Below, piece by piece: positions 40,748-55,329 of a stretch of DNA of 64,000 bases. The notes under the pieces were generated by a model. It was not told where the DNA came from. It did no database searches and was given only the letters and a program-made list of their open reading frames with translations. Within the stretch, counting starts at the first letter, position 1, and each line of letters starts with the position of its first letter. The DNA lies in assembly GCA_964016885.1 (NCBI GenBank), contig OZ024753.1, positions 36,518,001 through 36,582,000 on the forward strand, read 5' to 3'. This DNA comes from Eledone cirrhosa (Eukaryota). Both the position numbers and the translations under genes were made by a program.

Positions 40748-43297
40748 CATCATCATCATCATCATCATTTTACATCCGCTTTTTCCTGCTTGCAAGGGTG
40801 GGACGGGTCTTATTCAGCACAGCATCTCTCCACTTGTCACGGTCCCTCGTCATCTCCACCGTGAGCTTCAATGATCTGAGGTCTGTTCTCACCACCTCCG
40901 CCCATGTTTTTCGTGGTCTACCTCTACCACGTCTTCCTTCAACTGGCATTTCCTGGCACTTCTTCACCCATCGGTCATCCTCCATGCGCATCACATGTCC
41001 ATACCACCTCAGTCTCCTCTCCCGTACACTACATTCTATCCCTCTGAGACAGTTTCTCTCTCAACACATTTATGCTGGGTCGTTCACGCACATTTACACT
41101 GCACATCCAACGGAGCATGCTTGCCTCATTTCTCTCCAGCCGTCACATATCCTCTGCAGTTGCTGCCCATGTCTCACTACCATGCAGCATCGCGCTGCTC
41201 ACACAGGCATCATACAACCGGCCTTTCGTACGCAGGGAGAAACCCTTCTTCGTCAACAGAGGAAGCAGCTCCCTAAACTTCTTCCAACCCGTCCTTATTC
41301 TAGATACTATGGCCTCGGAACACCCTCCTCCCATGCTAATCTGATCTCCTAGGTACCGGAAGCTATCCACTACTTCTATAGCGCCCTCTTGCATTTGAAA
41401 AATGTGTCTATCAGTGCGACTTCTACTGTCTAATTTCCATGTACATCTACTGCATACATATTTCTCCCTACCTGTTAGTTTGCCTGCTATCCCGCTACAT
41501 CTCTTGTGTACCCAGGATCTGCATGGTGTGCATTTTATAGAATTTATGCCAGTTCCTTTTCTGCATATCGAACATGGCCATTTCCCTGACGGAATCAGGG
41601 TTTTGTCCTCTTTTCTACTCATCAACACTTTTGTCTTAGCTAGATTCACTCTCAGTCCTCTTGCTTCCAACTGCTGTTTCCATAGCCAGAATTTATTCTC
41701 TAGCTCCTCTACTGATTCTGCTATAAGAACCAGATCGTCAGCATAGAGAAGTTCCCATGGACAGCCAGTCTTAAACTCCTCTGTTATGGCTTGGAGGACT
41801 ATAATGAACAAGAGCGGGCTGAGGACCAAACCCTGATGTACTCCTACTTGTATCTGGAATTCCTCACTAAACTCCATTCCTACCCTTACTTTACTGAGAG
41901 CACCTCTGTACAAAGTTTGCACTGTCCTCACAAGCCATTCCTCAACACCTAGCTTCCTTAGGGACCACCAGATGGCAGATCGGGGTAACCTATCAAAGGC
42001 CTTCTCTAGGTCAACAAAGGCTAAGTATAGTGGCTTATTCTTCTCTAAGAACCTTTCTTGCATTTGTCTCACCAAGAAGAGGGCATCTGTTGTACTCTTC
42101 CCAGGCACAAAACCAAACTGCATCTCATCTAGTTTGACCCTTTCTCTAATTAGTTGTGCTAAAATCCTTTCTGCCACTTTCATAACCTGATCTATCAGTT
42201 TTATACCCCTATACCCCTCTCCAAAGCATCCCCTTTACCTTTGTAGCAATTTATGAGAATACTGCTGCACCAGTCTTTGGGTATGATACCACCATATATA
42301 GCCTGATTGATGATGCGTGCAACCAGTTTAGTGCCTACGTCCCCTGATGCCTTCAGCATCTCAGCAACTATTCCCGATGGTCCGGCCGCCTTACCATTTT
42401 TCATTTCCCTAATCGCCTCTTGGACCCTATATTCGTCAATCTCAATAGCTGGTCCCTCTGTCGGATCTACCAAGGGTAATTTCTCTCTCTCCCATTCATT
42501 CTCCACATTCATCAGTCTCTCATAATGACATTTCCAGGCCGCCTTTTTCTGATCATTCGTGACACTAAGTACACCGGCATCATCCCGGACATATTTATCT
42601 CCAACAACATCCTGATTTGCATTGACACACTGCCTTGAAATGTGGAACACCGCACGCCTCTGATCTTTCCGTCGCAGAACATTGGCAAACCTCCTACTCT
42701 CTGCCTCCCTGCGTGCTAAGTACACCTGACGTCTAGCTTCTCTCTTAGTGGCTGTATATTCTTCCCTACTCCCACCCTTTTTCCAAGCCTTCCATGCTAG
42801 TCTTTTGTCTCTAATAGCCTTATCTACTGTGCTGTTCCACCACCAGGTCACTCTCTGTCTGGTTGGAGCTCTGCTCCAGCCACAGGTTTCATCAGTAGCC
42901 TGCAGCAAGTTGTCACGTAAGAAATTCCAGTTATTACCTATGTCATACGTCTCTAAATCGTCTTCTTTTTCATCATATACATCTTGAAGGGCTTTCCTAA
43001 ATTTGTATTTTAGTGAAAGGTCTTTTAGCTTCCAGACCTTTCTTCTCCACACCTTCCTATATGTCTCATTCCATCTCTTGCTTACTGAGATATCACTAAC
43101 AACTAACCTATGCTGTGGGGTACATTCTTCCCCAGGGTATGCCTTGGTATTAGACACTATCTGCCTGTCCCGCTGCCTAACTAGCAAGAAGTCAATCTGG
43201 TTTATGTGCTCACTAGATTTGTAGGTTATTAGGTGATTGGCAGGTTTCTGGAAGTTTGTGTTGCAAATAGTCAATGTACTCGCATCACAAAATTCAA
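40748..43297 (-). mobile_element. RTE-clade (BovB-like) LINE, 5'-truncated and frameshifted: APE C-terminus, RT and PHD-like zinc finger
   Basis: NQIDFLL...QHRLV; KAAGPSG; QFGF; FVDLEKAFD; GVHQG; LLYADDL; CSIC...CTPC..WVHKRC...CSRC; GRPRKTW; (GAT)n tail; frame breaks near 42200 and 41050-41140. Confidence 0.95.
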
Positions 43298-44220
43298 TAA
43301 TATATATATATATATATATATTATTAAGTGTAATGAATTCTTTTACAATGAAAATAGCTCAAAGAAAGAAATATTTCTGAGCCGTGTAAAACATTTAAAT
43401 ATAAATTAATATATATGATGAAACATTTTTTTATTGTAAAAGAAAATTTAGTTAGCTATATATATGTGTTAAGTAGAGAGAGATACATTTGATTACAATC
43501 ATCATACACAAAAAAAACTTTCCCAACTGAAACTTTTTTGCACCCATTTTTGTGATTAAGTAAAATCAGAGTTATCGTTCTTGAGATTTCGCCACAGAGA
43601 AATTTGGGGAACTGATGTCGCTAAATCGTCAAAGTAGTTACCTCTACTGTTGCATCATGGGCGGGGTAGTGGCTGAATTTTTTTTTTAATGACGGCAATT
43701 TTTTTAATTTCTTTCTCGGCATCTTGTTCCTTGTTTGATATAAGTAAATAAATATGAAATAATTAATTTATTCCCAACCTCTCTTTAATCTGAACATCAA
43801 GTTACCATGGGAGCGAGAGGGCAAAGGTAACATGAAAATCCGAAACCGGTGTCAGTTTTACACTATTATTCTCAAAACAATGTCGAATATTATAATTATT
43901 TTGAAGTTTTATTAATCTTTTATCGTTACATTTTCTGTATTTATAATTAAATAAATAAATTTAAGGTTTTAATACTTTAAATATATAAAACTTTCAACAA
44001 GTTTCCTGGTAGCTTCGTAACGAGGAGAGTGGTTCAATATCGAACTGCGGTAGCAGGAATAATTTTAACATACAAATGTATATTATATATTTATATATAC
44101 ATATATCTATATGTATATATACATATTCTTGTAAATATATATATATAAATAATTATATACATATTTAAATGTATATATATTTATATGTAATATATATATA
44201 TGTATACATATTTGTTTATA

Positions 44221-44267
<47 letters not shown>

Positions 44268-46449
44268 TTGTATATATATACATATTTGTATATATATATA
44301 TTATATATATATATATACATATATATATTATATATATATACACATATATATATATAAATATGTATATATATAAACGGAAAAAATGAAACGAAATTTCATG
44401 TATATATATATATACAAATATTTATACACATATATATATATACAAATATGTATATATATATATACAAATATTTATATATACAAATATGTATACATATATA
44501 TATCTTACATATAAATATATATACATATAAATATGTATATTTATACATATAAATATTTATATATATATATGTATACATGAATATGTATATATATATATGT
44601 ATACATGAATATGTATATATACATATAGATACATGTATATATACATATAAATATATAATATACATTATATCATTTTTATGTAAAATAACAGAATAAAATT
44701 ATTCCTACTACGCCAGTTCGATTTGAGCCACTCACCTCGTTACTAAACAATAAATACCCATTACTCCTACCAACGAAGCTACCAGAAAACTTGTCGATAG
44801 TTATATATATTTAAAGTATTAAAAATTTAAATTTATTTATTTAATTATAAATACGGAAAATGTAGCGATAGAAGATAAAGAAAACTTCAAACAAATCATA
44901 ATATTCGACATTGTTTTGAGAATAATAGTTTAAAATTGACACCGGTTTAGGGATATCACGTTACCGTTGCCCTGTCGCTCCGATGGTAACTTGATGTTCA
45001 GATTAAAGAGAGGTTGGCAATAAATTAATTGTTTCATATTTATTTACTTATATCAAACAAGGAACAAGATGGCGGGAAAAACTTTTTAAAATTTGCGGTC
45101 GTTAAGAAAAAAAATTCAGCCATTACCCCTCCCATGATGCAACAGTAGAAGGAGTAATGGCTGAATTTTTTTTCTTAAAGACCGCAAATTTTTAAAATTT
45201 TTCCAGGCATCTTGTTCCTTGTTTGATATAAGTAAATAAATATGAAACAATTAATTTATTGCCAACCTCACTTTAATCTGAACATCAAGTTACCATTGGA
45301 GCGACAGGGCAACGGTAACGTGAAATCCCTAAACCGGTGTCAATTTTACACTATTGTTCTCAAAACAATGTCGAATATTATGATTATTTTGAAGTTTTAT
45401 TTGTCTTCTATCGCTACGCTTTCCGTATTTATAATTAAATGAATAAATTTAAGTTTTTAATACTTTAAATATATAAAACTATCGAAAGTTTTCTGGTAGC
45501 TTCGTTGGTAGGAGTAATGAGTATTCATTGTTTAGTAACGAGGTGAGTGGCTCAAATCGAACTGGCGTAGTAGGAATGTAAGATATATATATGTATACAT
45601 ATTTGTATATATAAATATATGTGTATAAATATTTGTTATATATATATATGTGTATAAATATTTGTACATATATATATATATACATATTTGTATATATATA
45701 TATATATAATATATCAGCTCGTTACTAAGCAATAAATACTCATTACTCCTACCAACGAAGCTACCAGAAAACTTGTAGATAGTTTTATATATTTAAATTT
45801 ATTTATTTAATTATAAATACGGAAAGTGCAGCGATAGAAGACAAATAAAACTTCAAAATATCCGATATTGTTTTGAGAATAATAGTGTAAAATTGACACC
45901 GGTTTCGGGATTTCACGTTACCCTTGCCCTCTCGCTCCCATGGTAACTTGATGTTCAGATTAAAGAGAGGTTTGCAATAAATTAATTGTTTCATATTTAT
46001 TCATTAATATCAAACAAGGAACAAGATGCCGGGAAAGAAATTTAAAACATTACCGTCGTTAAAAAAAAAATTCAACCACTACCCCTCCCATGATGCAACA
46101 AAAGAAGTAAATACTTTGACGATTTAGCGACATCAGTTCTCCAATTTTCTCTGTGGCGAATCTCAAGAACGATAACTCCGATTTTACTTAATCGCAAAAA
46201 TGGGTGCAAAAAAGTTTCAGTTGGGAATGTGTTATAGATATTAAATAAATGGAAATATATATATATATTTATTAAAATAACATTATTAAAATTATTATTA
46301 CTATATATATATATATATATATCCGATATCTGCATTGCTTTATTGTACTACAATAAAACTCACCTCCTACATATATATATATGTATATATATATAGAAAT
46401 TGTGATACATATGTATATATATATATGTATCACAATTTCTATACTTTTC

Positions 46450-46498
<49 letters not shown>

Positions 46499-46554
46499 GA
46501 GAGATATGTATATACATAATTACTTAACTCAAATTCCTTAACATAAGTACCTCA

Positions 46555-47156
46555 TTCCTATATTAGTGTCTGTCTATGTGTAATATTAGAATCTATTACG
46601 GCCTTACCTTATTCATATATATGTGTCTGTATGTCAGTCAGATTACAAATCTATCACGTAGTGTATATTAAAAATTAACGAGAACCTCAAATATAGATAG
46701 ATACCTTGCAATAATGATTAATCTCCTTTGTATATATTTTCTTAAAGATATATATTTCACCATTGATCGGCAAATCACAGATCTTAATTAAGTCCCGGAT
46801 CATCTCAAAGGAAGAGTTTTAACTATATGTGATTAACACACTAAAAGTAAATCTGGAAATGACGAAAAGCACGTGTGGTTTTTTTTTTAGAAAAATACAC
46901 ATCACCCCGCCGTCACCCCAGTGACGTGAATAGGATTATCAACAGCTAGAAATAACAGCCCTTGTTTGAGGCGTTTATTTTATATATGTATATATGTCAA
47001 TCGATTTTTAATTTAATGCTCGGATGTATCCCTTATTCTACAGGTGGTATGTTCGTAATCTGACTGACATACAGACACATATATGTGAATAAGGTAAGGC
47101 CAAATCGTAATAGATTCTAATATTACACACAGCCACACACACACTAATATAGGAAT
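46555..47156. repeat. About 100-bp inverted arms (46555-46650 and 47055-47156) around a 400-bp core whose inverted homologue is at about 57120-57420
   Basis: GTAATATTAGAATCTATTACG...CCTTACCTTATTCA versus its reverse complement; the core shares CTAGAAATAAC and ATATATTTCACCA with 57.1-57.4 kb. Confidence 0.6.
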
Positions 47157-47457
47157 TAAATACTATTGTAGGTCTCGGTCTCACACACACATACACAGAG
47201 ACAGAAATGTGAATAAGGTAAGGCCAAATCGTAATAGATTCTAATATTACACACAGCCACACACACACTAATATAGGAATGAAATACTATTGTAGGTCTC
47301 GGTCTCACACACACATACACAGACACATATATGTGAATAAGGTAAGGCCAAATCGTAATAGATTCTAATATTACACACAGCCACACACACACTAATATAG
47401 GAATGAAATACTATTGTAGGTCTCGGTCTCACACACACATACACAGAGACAGAAATG
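47085..47457. repeat. 124-bp tandem repeat, 3 copies
   Basis: GTGAATAAGGTAAGGCCAAATCGTAATAG at 47085, 47209 and 47333. Confidence 0.9.
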
Positions 47458-47623
47458 AAACTCGGGTTACAGGTTCAAACCAACCCTGGGTAGGTGAGCA
47501 ACATTGTGAAAGAAAGATCTGGTGTCGTTCATGCCTTTCTTGGTGCTGTCAGTCAAATTTTATTTCTTAGTAATAAACACAGGAATTCTCGTCGTCGTAA
47601 CCGACGGAGTGCCACTGCTACTG

Positions 47624-47687
<64 letters not shown>

Positions 47688-47771
47688 AAGTTTTATTTAA
47701 ATTGTTGGGTTAACAACGAGTAAATATTTATAACTGATATAAAAGCACTCAACAAGTATTTGGAGTATATT

Positions 47772-48160
47772 TACGATATTAAATAAATGGAAACTATATT
47801 TATAAAACCATATTTATTTCATTATATATATTTCAGGGATATCATATTAAAAATATGTTATGCCTTCTTCAGACAAAATACAATATAAACAGTCTTATAA
47901 ATAGATAGATTCGACATACCTTTCAACTTCGACTTCTATTTGAAAAGTTGATTTGGTAGACTACCAAATCGACTACCAAATCAACTTTTCAAATAGAAGT
48001 CGAAGTTGAAAGGTATGTCGAATCTATCTATTTATAAGACTGTTTATATTGTATTTTGTCTGAAGAAGGCATAACATATTTTTAATATGATATCCCTGAA
48101 ATATATATAATGAAATAAATATGGTTTTATAAATATAGTTTCCATTTATTTAATATCGTA
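47772..48160. repeat. 188-bp-arm palindrome with a hammerhead in each arm
   Basis: Arms 47772-47959 and 47973-48160 with a 13-bp spacer. Confidence 0.92.
48052..48117 (+). ncRNA. Type I hammerhead ribozyme motif (mirror copy at 47815-47880 minus)
   Basis: TATTTTGT-CTGAAGA-AGGCATAACATATT...AATATGATATCCCT-GAA-ATATATAT-A-ATGAAATA. Confidence 0.8.
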
Positions 48161-48271
48161 TATATATATAAGTATTGAAGTTTCCGTTGAAAATTGAAAG
48201 AGTCATAGGAATGAAGAGTGCTCTATGTAAGTTACGGAGCTATATTTAATATATAATAAACAATACAATAC

Positions 48272-48330
48272 AATTCGGTTTCCCGAATAAGACGAAAACA
48301 AGAAACGTCCGCATTCGTTCATCAGACAAG
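48272..48330 (-). ncRNA. Decayed hammerhead motif
   Basis: Reverse complement CTGATGA-ACGAAT..GACG...CGTC..ATTCGG-GAAACC; stems I and III pair poorly. Confidence 0.4.
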
Positions 48331-48340
48331 GCAATTTTTA

Positions 48341-48375
<35 letters not shown>

Positions 48376-48376
48376 C

Positions 48377-48411
<35 letters not shown>

Positions 48412-48849
48412 TATTAAGTAATTTGTGTTAAGTAATTATATATATATATACTCTGATATCATACTCTGCTCTACGAGGGCATCGAGTGCTCTTACGGCCT
48501 ACCGCACACGGACGCTTTGAGCATCCAACACCAATTATATATATATATAGATAGTTATAGATTATATATATTAGATTAAAAATCGATAAATCGATATATA
48601 TAAAATAAACACATTGTAAAGAGTGTAAAAAACATATTAAAAATTAACGAGAACCTCAAATATTGCAATAATGATTAATCTCCTTTGTATATATTTCATT
48701 AAAGAAATATATTTCATATAAAATATATAAAAAGGAATATTTAATCATTAGTAATAAAAACACGAATTCCCTTCGTCGTAACCGACGGTGTGGTACTCTC
48801 TCTCTCTCTCTGTATTTATATATATATATGTTAAGTAATTTGTGTTAAA

Positions 48850-48889
<40 letters not shown>

Positions 48890-49550
48890 TATATATATTA
48901 TAAGAACAGATTAAAATATAAATTAAGAATCACTGCTTTGACGCTTAACGTGATACATATTCCTACATACAATCATCAAACAGCTGAAACTTTTTTGCAC
49001 CCATTTTTGCGATTAAGTACAAACAGAGTTATCGTTCTTGAGATTTCGCCACAAAAAAATTTGGGGAACTGATGTCGCTAAATCGTCAAAGTATTTACCT
49101 CTACTGTTGCATCATGGGAGGGGTAATGGCTGAATTTTTTTTTAACGACGGCAATTTTTTTAATTTCTTTCCCGGCATCTTGTTCCTTGTTTGATATAAA
49201 TAAATAATTATGAAATAATTAATTTATTGCACACCTCTTTAATCTGAACATTAAGTTACCATGGGAGCGAGAGGGCAAGGATAACATGAAATCCCTAAAC
49301 CGGTGTCAATTTTACACTATTATTCTCAAAACAATATCGGATATTATGATTATTTTGAAGTTTTATTTATCTTCTATCGCTGAACTTTCCGTATTTATAA
49401 TAAATTTAAGGTTTTAATACTTTAAATATATAATATTTACTTCGTTGGTAGGAGTAATGGGTATTCATACTTTCGTAACGAGGTGAGTGGTTCGATCTAG
49501 CATACAAATGATATAATGTGTATACATATTTATATGTATATATGTATACA

Positions 49551-49624
<74 letters not shown>

Positions 49625-49951
49625 CATGTGTGTGTATATATATATATATGTGTGTATTTATATATATATATAAACATATTTATATATACATATTTATATG
49701 TATCTATATTGATATGTAATATATATATGTGTATGCACATATTGTATACACACACACATATATATATACATATTTGTATATATATATATATATATATGAC
49801 AAGTAAGTATGTATATATATGTATATATATATACATATATATATGTATACATATATATATACATATATATATGTATACATATATATATATATTCACACAT
49901 ATATATATATGCATATGTGTATATATATATATATATATAAACATATGTGTG

Positions 49952-49989
<38 letters not shown>

Positions 49990-50062
49990 TTTTTATATAT
50001 ATATGCCTATATATTGTGTACCTTACTGTGGTTACCCCTGATTGTACTCGGGATAAACATAT

Positions 50063-50144
<82 letters not shown>

Positions 50145-50187
50145 AAAAGAAACGGAGAATCAGTGGTGCGACGAATAAGATTTATTA

Positions 50188-50282
50188 GACATACTACAAT
50201 CGTTTCTCTGGCGACCAGCTCGAGGCACGATCGATGCAATGATCAAACCTGACTCTGAACTCGCAAGATCCTCAGATATGTC
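50188..50282 (-). ncRNA. Type I hammerhead ribozyme motif (inverted copy at 50316-50396 plus)
   Basis: Reverse complement GACATAT-CTGAGGA-TCTTGCGA...TCGCCAGA-GAA-ACGATTGT-A-GTATGTC: 7-bp stem I, near-palindromic stem III. Confidence 0.85.
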
Positions 50283-50521
50283 TCGATTCTACGAACCAGA
50301 GTTTGCAAATGCAGGATATCTGAGGATCTTGCGATTTCAGAGTTAGGTTTGATCATTGCATCGATCTGGTCGCCAGAGAAACGATTGTAATATGTCTAAT
50401 AAATCTTATTCGTCGCACCACTGATTCTCCGTTTCTTATGTGATATTATACTCTGCTCTGTAAGAGCATCGAGTGCTCAAACGGTCTACTGCTTACGGAC
50501 GCTTTAAGCATCCCACGAAGC

Positions 50522-51142
50522 TGTCATGCAAGTACTCGTCCAGTGTCCGAGCATTGGTGACTTGTGGGTTTATGTCGAACACCTGCTGTCGCGTGTAGGA
50601 CGGATCCGACTATCAATTGAGTCCCTCGTGAGGATTGCCTGGTGGCCATGGTAAAAGTGATCGTATGGCGGACGCGTCTGAAAAGTTTGAAGACGGGTAC
50701 TTTACTATCCGGTGACGCCCTCATTAATTTTTCAGATTTCACCTGAGAAGGAAAATCAGGGTGGAGAGGGAAGTGCTGCCTTCCAGCCAGTTTGTTGAAA
50801 GGTGGGTGAGAGAGGAGGCAAGAATGGCCCGTGTGAATGGGTCTATCCTGATCGTGTGCCTGTAGCATCGTAGGAGGAAAACTGGAAGAGGACACTTGCC
50901 CTAGCGGTGAGGATAACCGTGGCTTTTGTGTGGGCTTTCTCCACAAGCGACCCTCGGAAGTCTCCTCCCTATTGGGGAATTTTTCATTGTTTCTTTTTTT
51001 TGTTACATCCTCTATTTTTTTTTGTTTTTTTTTACACGCAGATATGCCCATTTGTACCGTCTTGTATTATCCTGTATTGTCCTTAATGTTATACTTTGTG
51101 TCAACCCTTGTGGTTAATAAAGAAAGCATTATTATTATTATT
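50522..51142 (+). mobile_element. Tx1/L1-clade LINE 3' end (ORF2 C-terminus and 3' UTR)
   Basis: QVLVQCPSIGDLWVYVEHLL...AMVKVIVWRTR...FVERW across frameshifts; T-rich UTR, AATAAA and (ATT)n tail. Confidence 0.7.
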
Positions 51143-51145
51143 AGA

Positions 51146-51360
51146 GGGCGGTGGATTGGCAGTATCGGTAGAGGGTCGGACGCCATGCTTTGCAGCATAG
51201 AGTTACGGCTCTTTATGATCTGAGCTCAAATCCCGCCGAGGTTAACTTTGCCTTTCATCCTTATGGGGTCGATAAAATAAAGTACCAGTCACGCACTGGG
51301 GTCGATTTAATCGACTTTCCCCTCCCCCCAAATTATTGGCCTTGTGCCTATATAAGAAAC
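51146..51360 (+). mobile_element. Full-length SINE family A
   Basis: GGCGGTGGATTGGCAGTATCGG...GAGCTCAAATCCC...GGCCTTGTGCC followed by (GTA)n. Confidence 0.9.
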
Positions 51361-51361
51361 C

Positions 51362-52162
51362 AGTAGTAGTAGTAGTAGTAGTAGTTGTAGTAGTAGTAGT
51401 AGTTGTAGTAGTAGTTGTAGTAGTAGTAGTAGTTGTTGTAGTAGTAGTAGTTGTAGTAGTAGTAGTAGTAGTTGTAGTAGTAGTAGTAGTAGTAGTAGTA
51501 GTTGTAGTAGTAGTAGTTGTAGTAGTAGTAGTAGTAGTTGTAGTAGTAGTAGTAGTAGTAGTTGTAGTAGTAGTAGTTGTAGTAGTTGTAGTAGTAGTAG
51601 TAGTAGTAGTTGTAGTAGTAGTTGTAGTAGTAGTAGTTGTAGTAGTAGTAGTTGTAGTAGTAGTAGTAGTAGTTGTAGTAGTAGTAGTAGTAGTAGTAGT
51701 TGTAGTAGTAGTAGTAGTAGTAGTAGAAACAACAGCAGTTGCACAACCATCAACGAAAACAGCAGCACATGCAGCAGCACCAGCACTAACAGCACCACCA
51801 GCAGCACAAGCAGCACCACCAGCACAAGCAGCAGCACCAGCACAAGCAGCAGCACCAGCACTAACAGCAGCACAAGCAGCAGCACCAGCACAAGCAGCAC
51901 CACCAGCACAAGCAGCAGCACCAGCACAAGCAGCAGCACCAGCACAAGCAGCAGCACCAGCACTAACAGCAACAACAGCAGCACAAGCAGCAGCACCAGC
52001 ACTAACAGCACCACCAGCAGCACAAGCAGCAGCACCAGCACAAGCAGCAGCACCAGCAGCACAAGCAGCAGCACCCCCACAAGCAACAACAGCAACAGCA
52101 ACACCAAAGACAGCAGCAGCACCTCCAGCAGTAGCATCCTCACCAGCACCAGTAACAGCAGC
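51362..52162. repeat. (GTA)n followed by (GCA/CCA)n compound repeat
   Basis: Directly visible. Confidence 0.95.
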
Positions 52163-52173
52163 ATTAGTATATA

Positions 52174-52750
52174 ATTGTTTCTACTTTAGGCACAAGGCCA
52201 GCAATTAAACCAGTGCATTACTGGTACTTTATGTTATCGACCCCGTAAGGATGAAAGGCAAAGTTAACCTCGGCGGGATTTGAACTCAGTGCATAAAGGG
52301 CCGTAACTCTATGCTGCAAAGCATGACGTCCGACCCTCTACCGATACTGCCAATCCACTGCCCCTTAATTGTTTCTACTTTTGGCACAAGGCCAGCAATT
52401 ATGCCAGTGTATTACTGGTACTTTATTTTATCGACCCCGTAAGGATGAAAGGCAAAGTTAACCTCGGCGGGATTTGAACTCAGTGCATAAAGGGCCGTAA
52501 CTCTATGCTGCAAATCATGGCGTCCAACCCTCTACCGATACTGCCAATCCACCGCCCCTTAATTGTTTCTACTTTTGGCACAAGGCCAGCAATTATTACA
52601 GTGTATTACTGGTACTTTATTTTATCGACCCCGTAAGGATGAAAGGCAAAGTTAACCTCGGCCGGATTTGAACTCAGTGCATAAAGGGCTGTAACTCTAT
52701 GCTGCAAAGCATGGCGTCCGACCCTCTACCGATACTGCCAATCCACCGCA
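52174..52750 (-). mobile_element. Head-to-tail trimer of SINE family A (period about 194 bp)
   Basis: ATTGTTTCTACTTT at about 52174, 52368 and 52562. Confidence 0.9.
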
Positions 52751-53250
52751 TTAGTATATAATAAGAGAGTATATTAAATGTGATGTGTATCCGTAATTAT
52801 ATGAGATGAAATGAAATTTGCTTTACAACTCCGAAGTTGAAATGACTTTAAACATCTTGTTATATCATCGAACGTATAATGATGTGTGTGTGTATGTGTG
52901 TATCTGTATGTGTGTGTATGTATGTGTGTGTTTGCGTGTGCGTGTGTGTATGTGTGTGTCTGTATGTGTATGTGTTTGTGTTTGTGTGTGCGTGTGCGTG
53001 TATGTGCGTGTGTGTGTGTGTTTGTGTGTGTCTGTATGTGTATGTGTTTGTGTTTGTGTGTGCGTGTGTGTGTATGTGCGTGTGTGTGTGTGTTTGTGTG
53101 TGTTTGTATGCGTATGTGTGTGTCTGTATGTGTTTGTGTTTGGGTGTGCGTGTGTGTGTATGTGTGTGTTTGTGTTTGTGTGTATATGTGTGAATGACTG
53201 AGAGAGGGAGAGTGTGTGTGTAAATATGCACAACTATGAATGTATGTGTT

Positions 53251-53301
<51 letters not shown>

Positions 53302-53361
53302 AAGAGAAAGAGTGCATGTGTGAGACTGTTTATTTGTTTGCGAGTTTCTGTGTGTATGCGT

Positions 53362-53394
<33 letters not shown>

Positions 53395-53723
53395 CACACT
53401 CACATACACACACAAATATATATATATATATGTGTGTGTGTCTGTGTGTATATGTGTGTGTATATATGTATGTATGTGTGTCTGTGTGTGTATATGCGTG
53501 TATATATATGTGTATGTATGTGTATGTGTATATATATGTGTGTGTATGTGTATATGTATGTATATATATTTGTGTATGTGTATATGTATGTGTGTATGTG
53601 TATATGATTTATATATATTTGTGTAAGTGTATATATATATGTGTATGTGTATATGTATTTGTATATATTTATGTATGTGTATATATATGTGTGTATGTGT
53701 ATATGTATTTGTATATATTTGTA

Positions 53724-53760
<37 letters not shown>

Positions 53761-54319
53761 GTATGTATATATATTTGTGTATGTGTATATATATGTGTGT
53801 GTATGTGTATATGTATTTGTATATATTTGTGTCTGTGTATATATATATATGTGTGTATATGTATGTATATATATTTGTGTATGTGTATATATATGTGTGT
53901 GTATGTGTATATGTATGTATATATTTGTGTATGTGTGTTTATATATGTGTGTGTATGTGTATATGTATTATATATATTTGTGTCTGTGTATATATATGTG
54001 TGTGTATGTGTATATGTATATATATATTTGTGTCTGTGTATATATATATATGTATATATGTATATATATTTGTGTATGTGTATATATATGTTTGTTTATG
54101 TGTATATGTATTATATATATTTGTGTATGTGTATATATGTGTGTGTATGTGTATATGTATTTGTGTATATCTGTGTATGTGTATATATATGTCTGTTTAT
54201 GTGTATATGTATTATATATATTTGTGTCTGTGTATATATATGTGTGTTTATGTGTATATGTATATATATTTGTGTCTGTGTATATATATGTGTGTGTGTA
54301 TGTTTATATACACACATCT

Positions 54320-54399
<80 letters not shown>

Positions 54400-54778
54400 G
54401 TATGTCGTTATGAATATGACTGATAGATATTGATTGATGGTCGACGACAAAAGATCTTAAATGTCATGTATAATTTATAATAAGAAACTTTCATAATAAG
54501 CAGAGGCAGTCTGAAACCATTGGTGCAGCTAACAGAACAAATACTGAAGGATCTCTATAATTTCAAATATTCAGAATGAATCAGATGATCACCACTGTCC
54601 GTTTGGTTTTGTCCTGATTAAGTTCTGATTCTAAATAGAGCTTTTGTATTGCGTTATGGTGGACGCCAGGTACTTAGCTTAAACACTTAAACATTAAACG
54701 CTATGTATCGATATAGTTTAATAGCTAAACAGCAAAAGTCATCAGATGAATGTATATCTATGTATGTATGTATTTATG

Positions 54779-54812
<34 letters not shown>

Positions 54813-54982
54813 TGTATGTATGTATGTACGTATGTACGTATGTATGTACGTATGTATGTATGTATGTATCTATCTATCTATCTATCTATCTAGTCTGTTT
54901 ATATATCTAACTATCTATATCTATTTCTCTCTCACTCTCCCTCTCTCCTCCCCTCCTCTCTCTCTCTCTCTCTCTCTATCTA

Positions 54983-55080
<98 letters not shown>

Positions 55081-55161
55081 TATATATATTATATATATAT
55101 TTGTATATATATATATATATACATATATATGTATACACACACACATATGTATATATATGTC

Positions 55162-55196
<35 letters not shown>

Positions 55197-55203
55197 GTGC
55201 ATA

Positions 55204-55262
<59 letters not shown>

Positions 55263-55329
55263 GTGCACTTTTATATCAATACACTCATAGCCCCTACACA
55301 CGTGTGTGTGAGTTTATGCATCGATTAAA

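Noticed and set aside
33568-43224. ORFs antisense to the RTE fragments
   Set aside because: Shadows of LINE coding sequence.
31886-45994. Repeated 63-66 aa ORF MKQLIYCQPLFNLNIKLPW
   Set aside because: Lies within module X; the start codon or frame is lost in most copies and there is no recognisable domain.
51307-52208. Poly-Val/Ala-Pro-Gln and poly-Leu ORFs
   Set aside because: A (GTA)n SINE tail plus a (GCA)n compound repeat bounded by SINEs; no splice or domain support.
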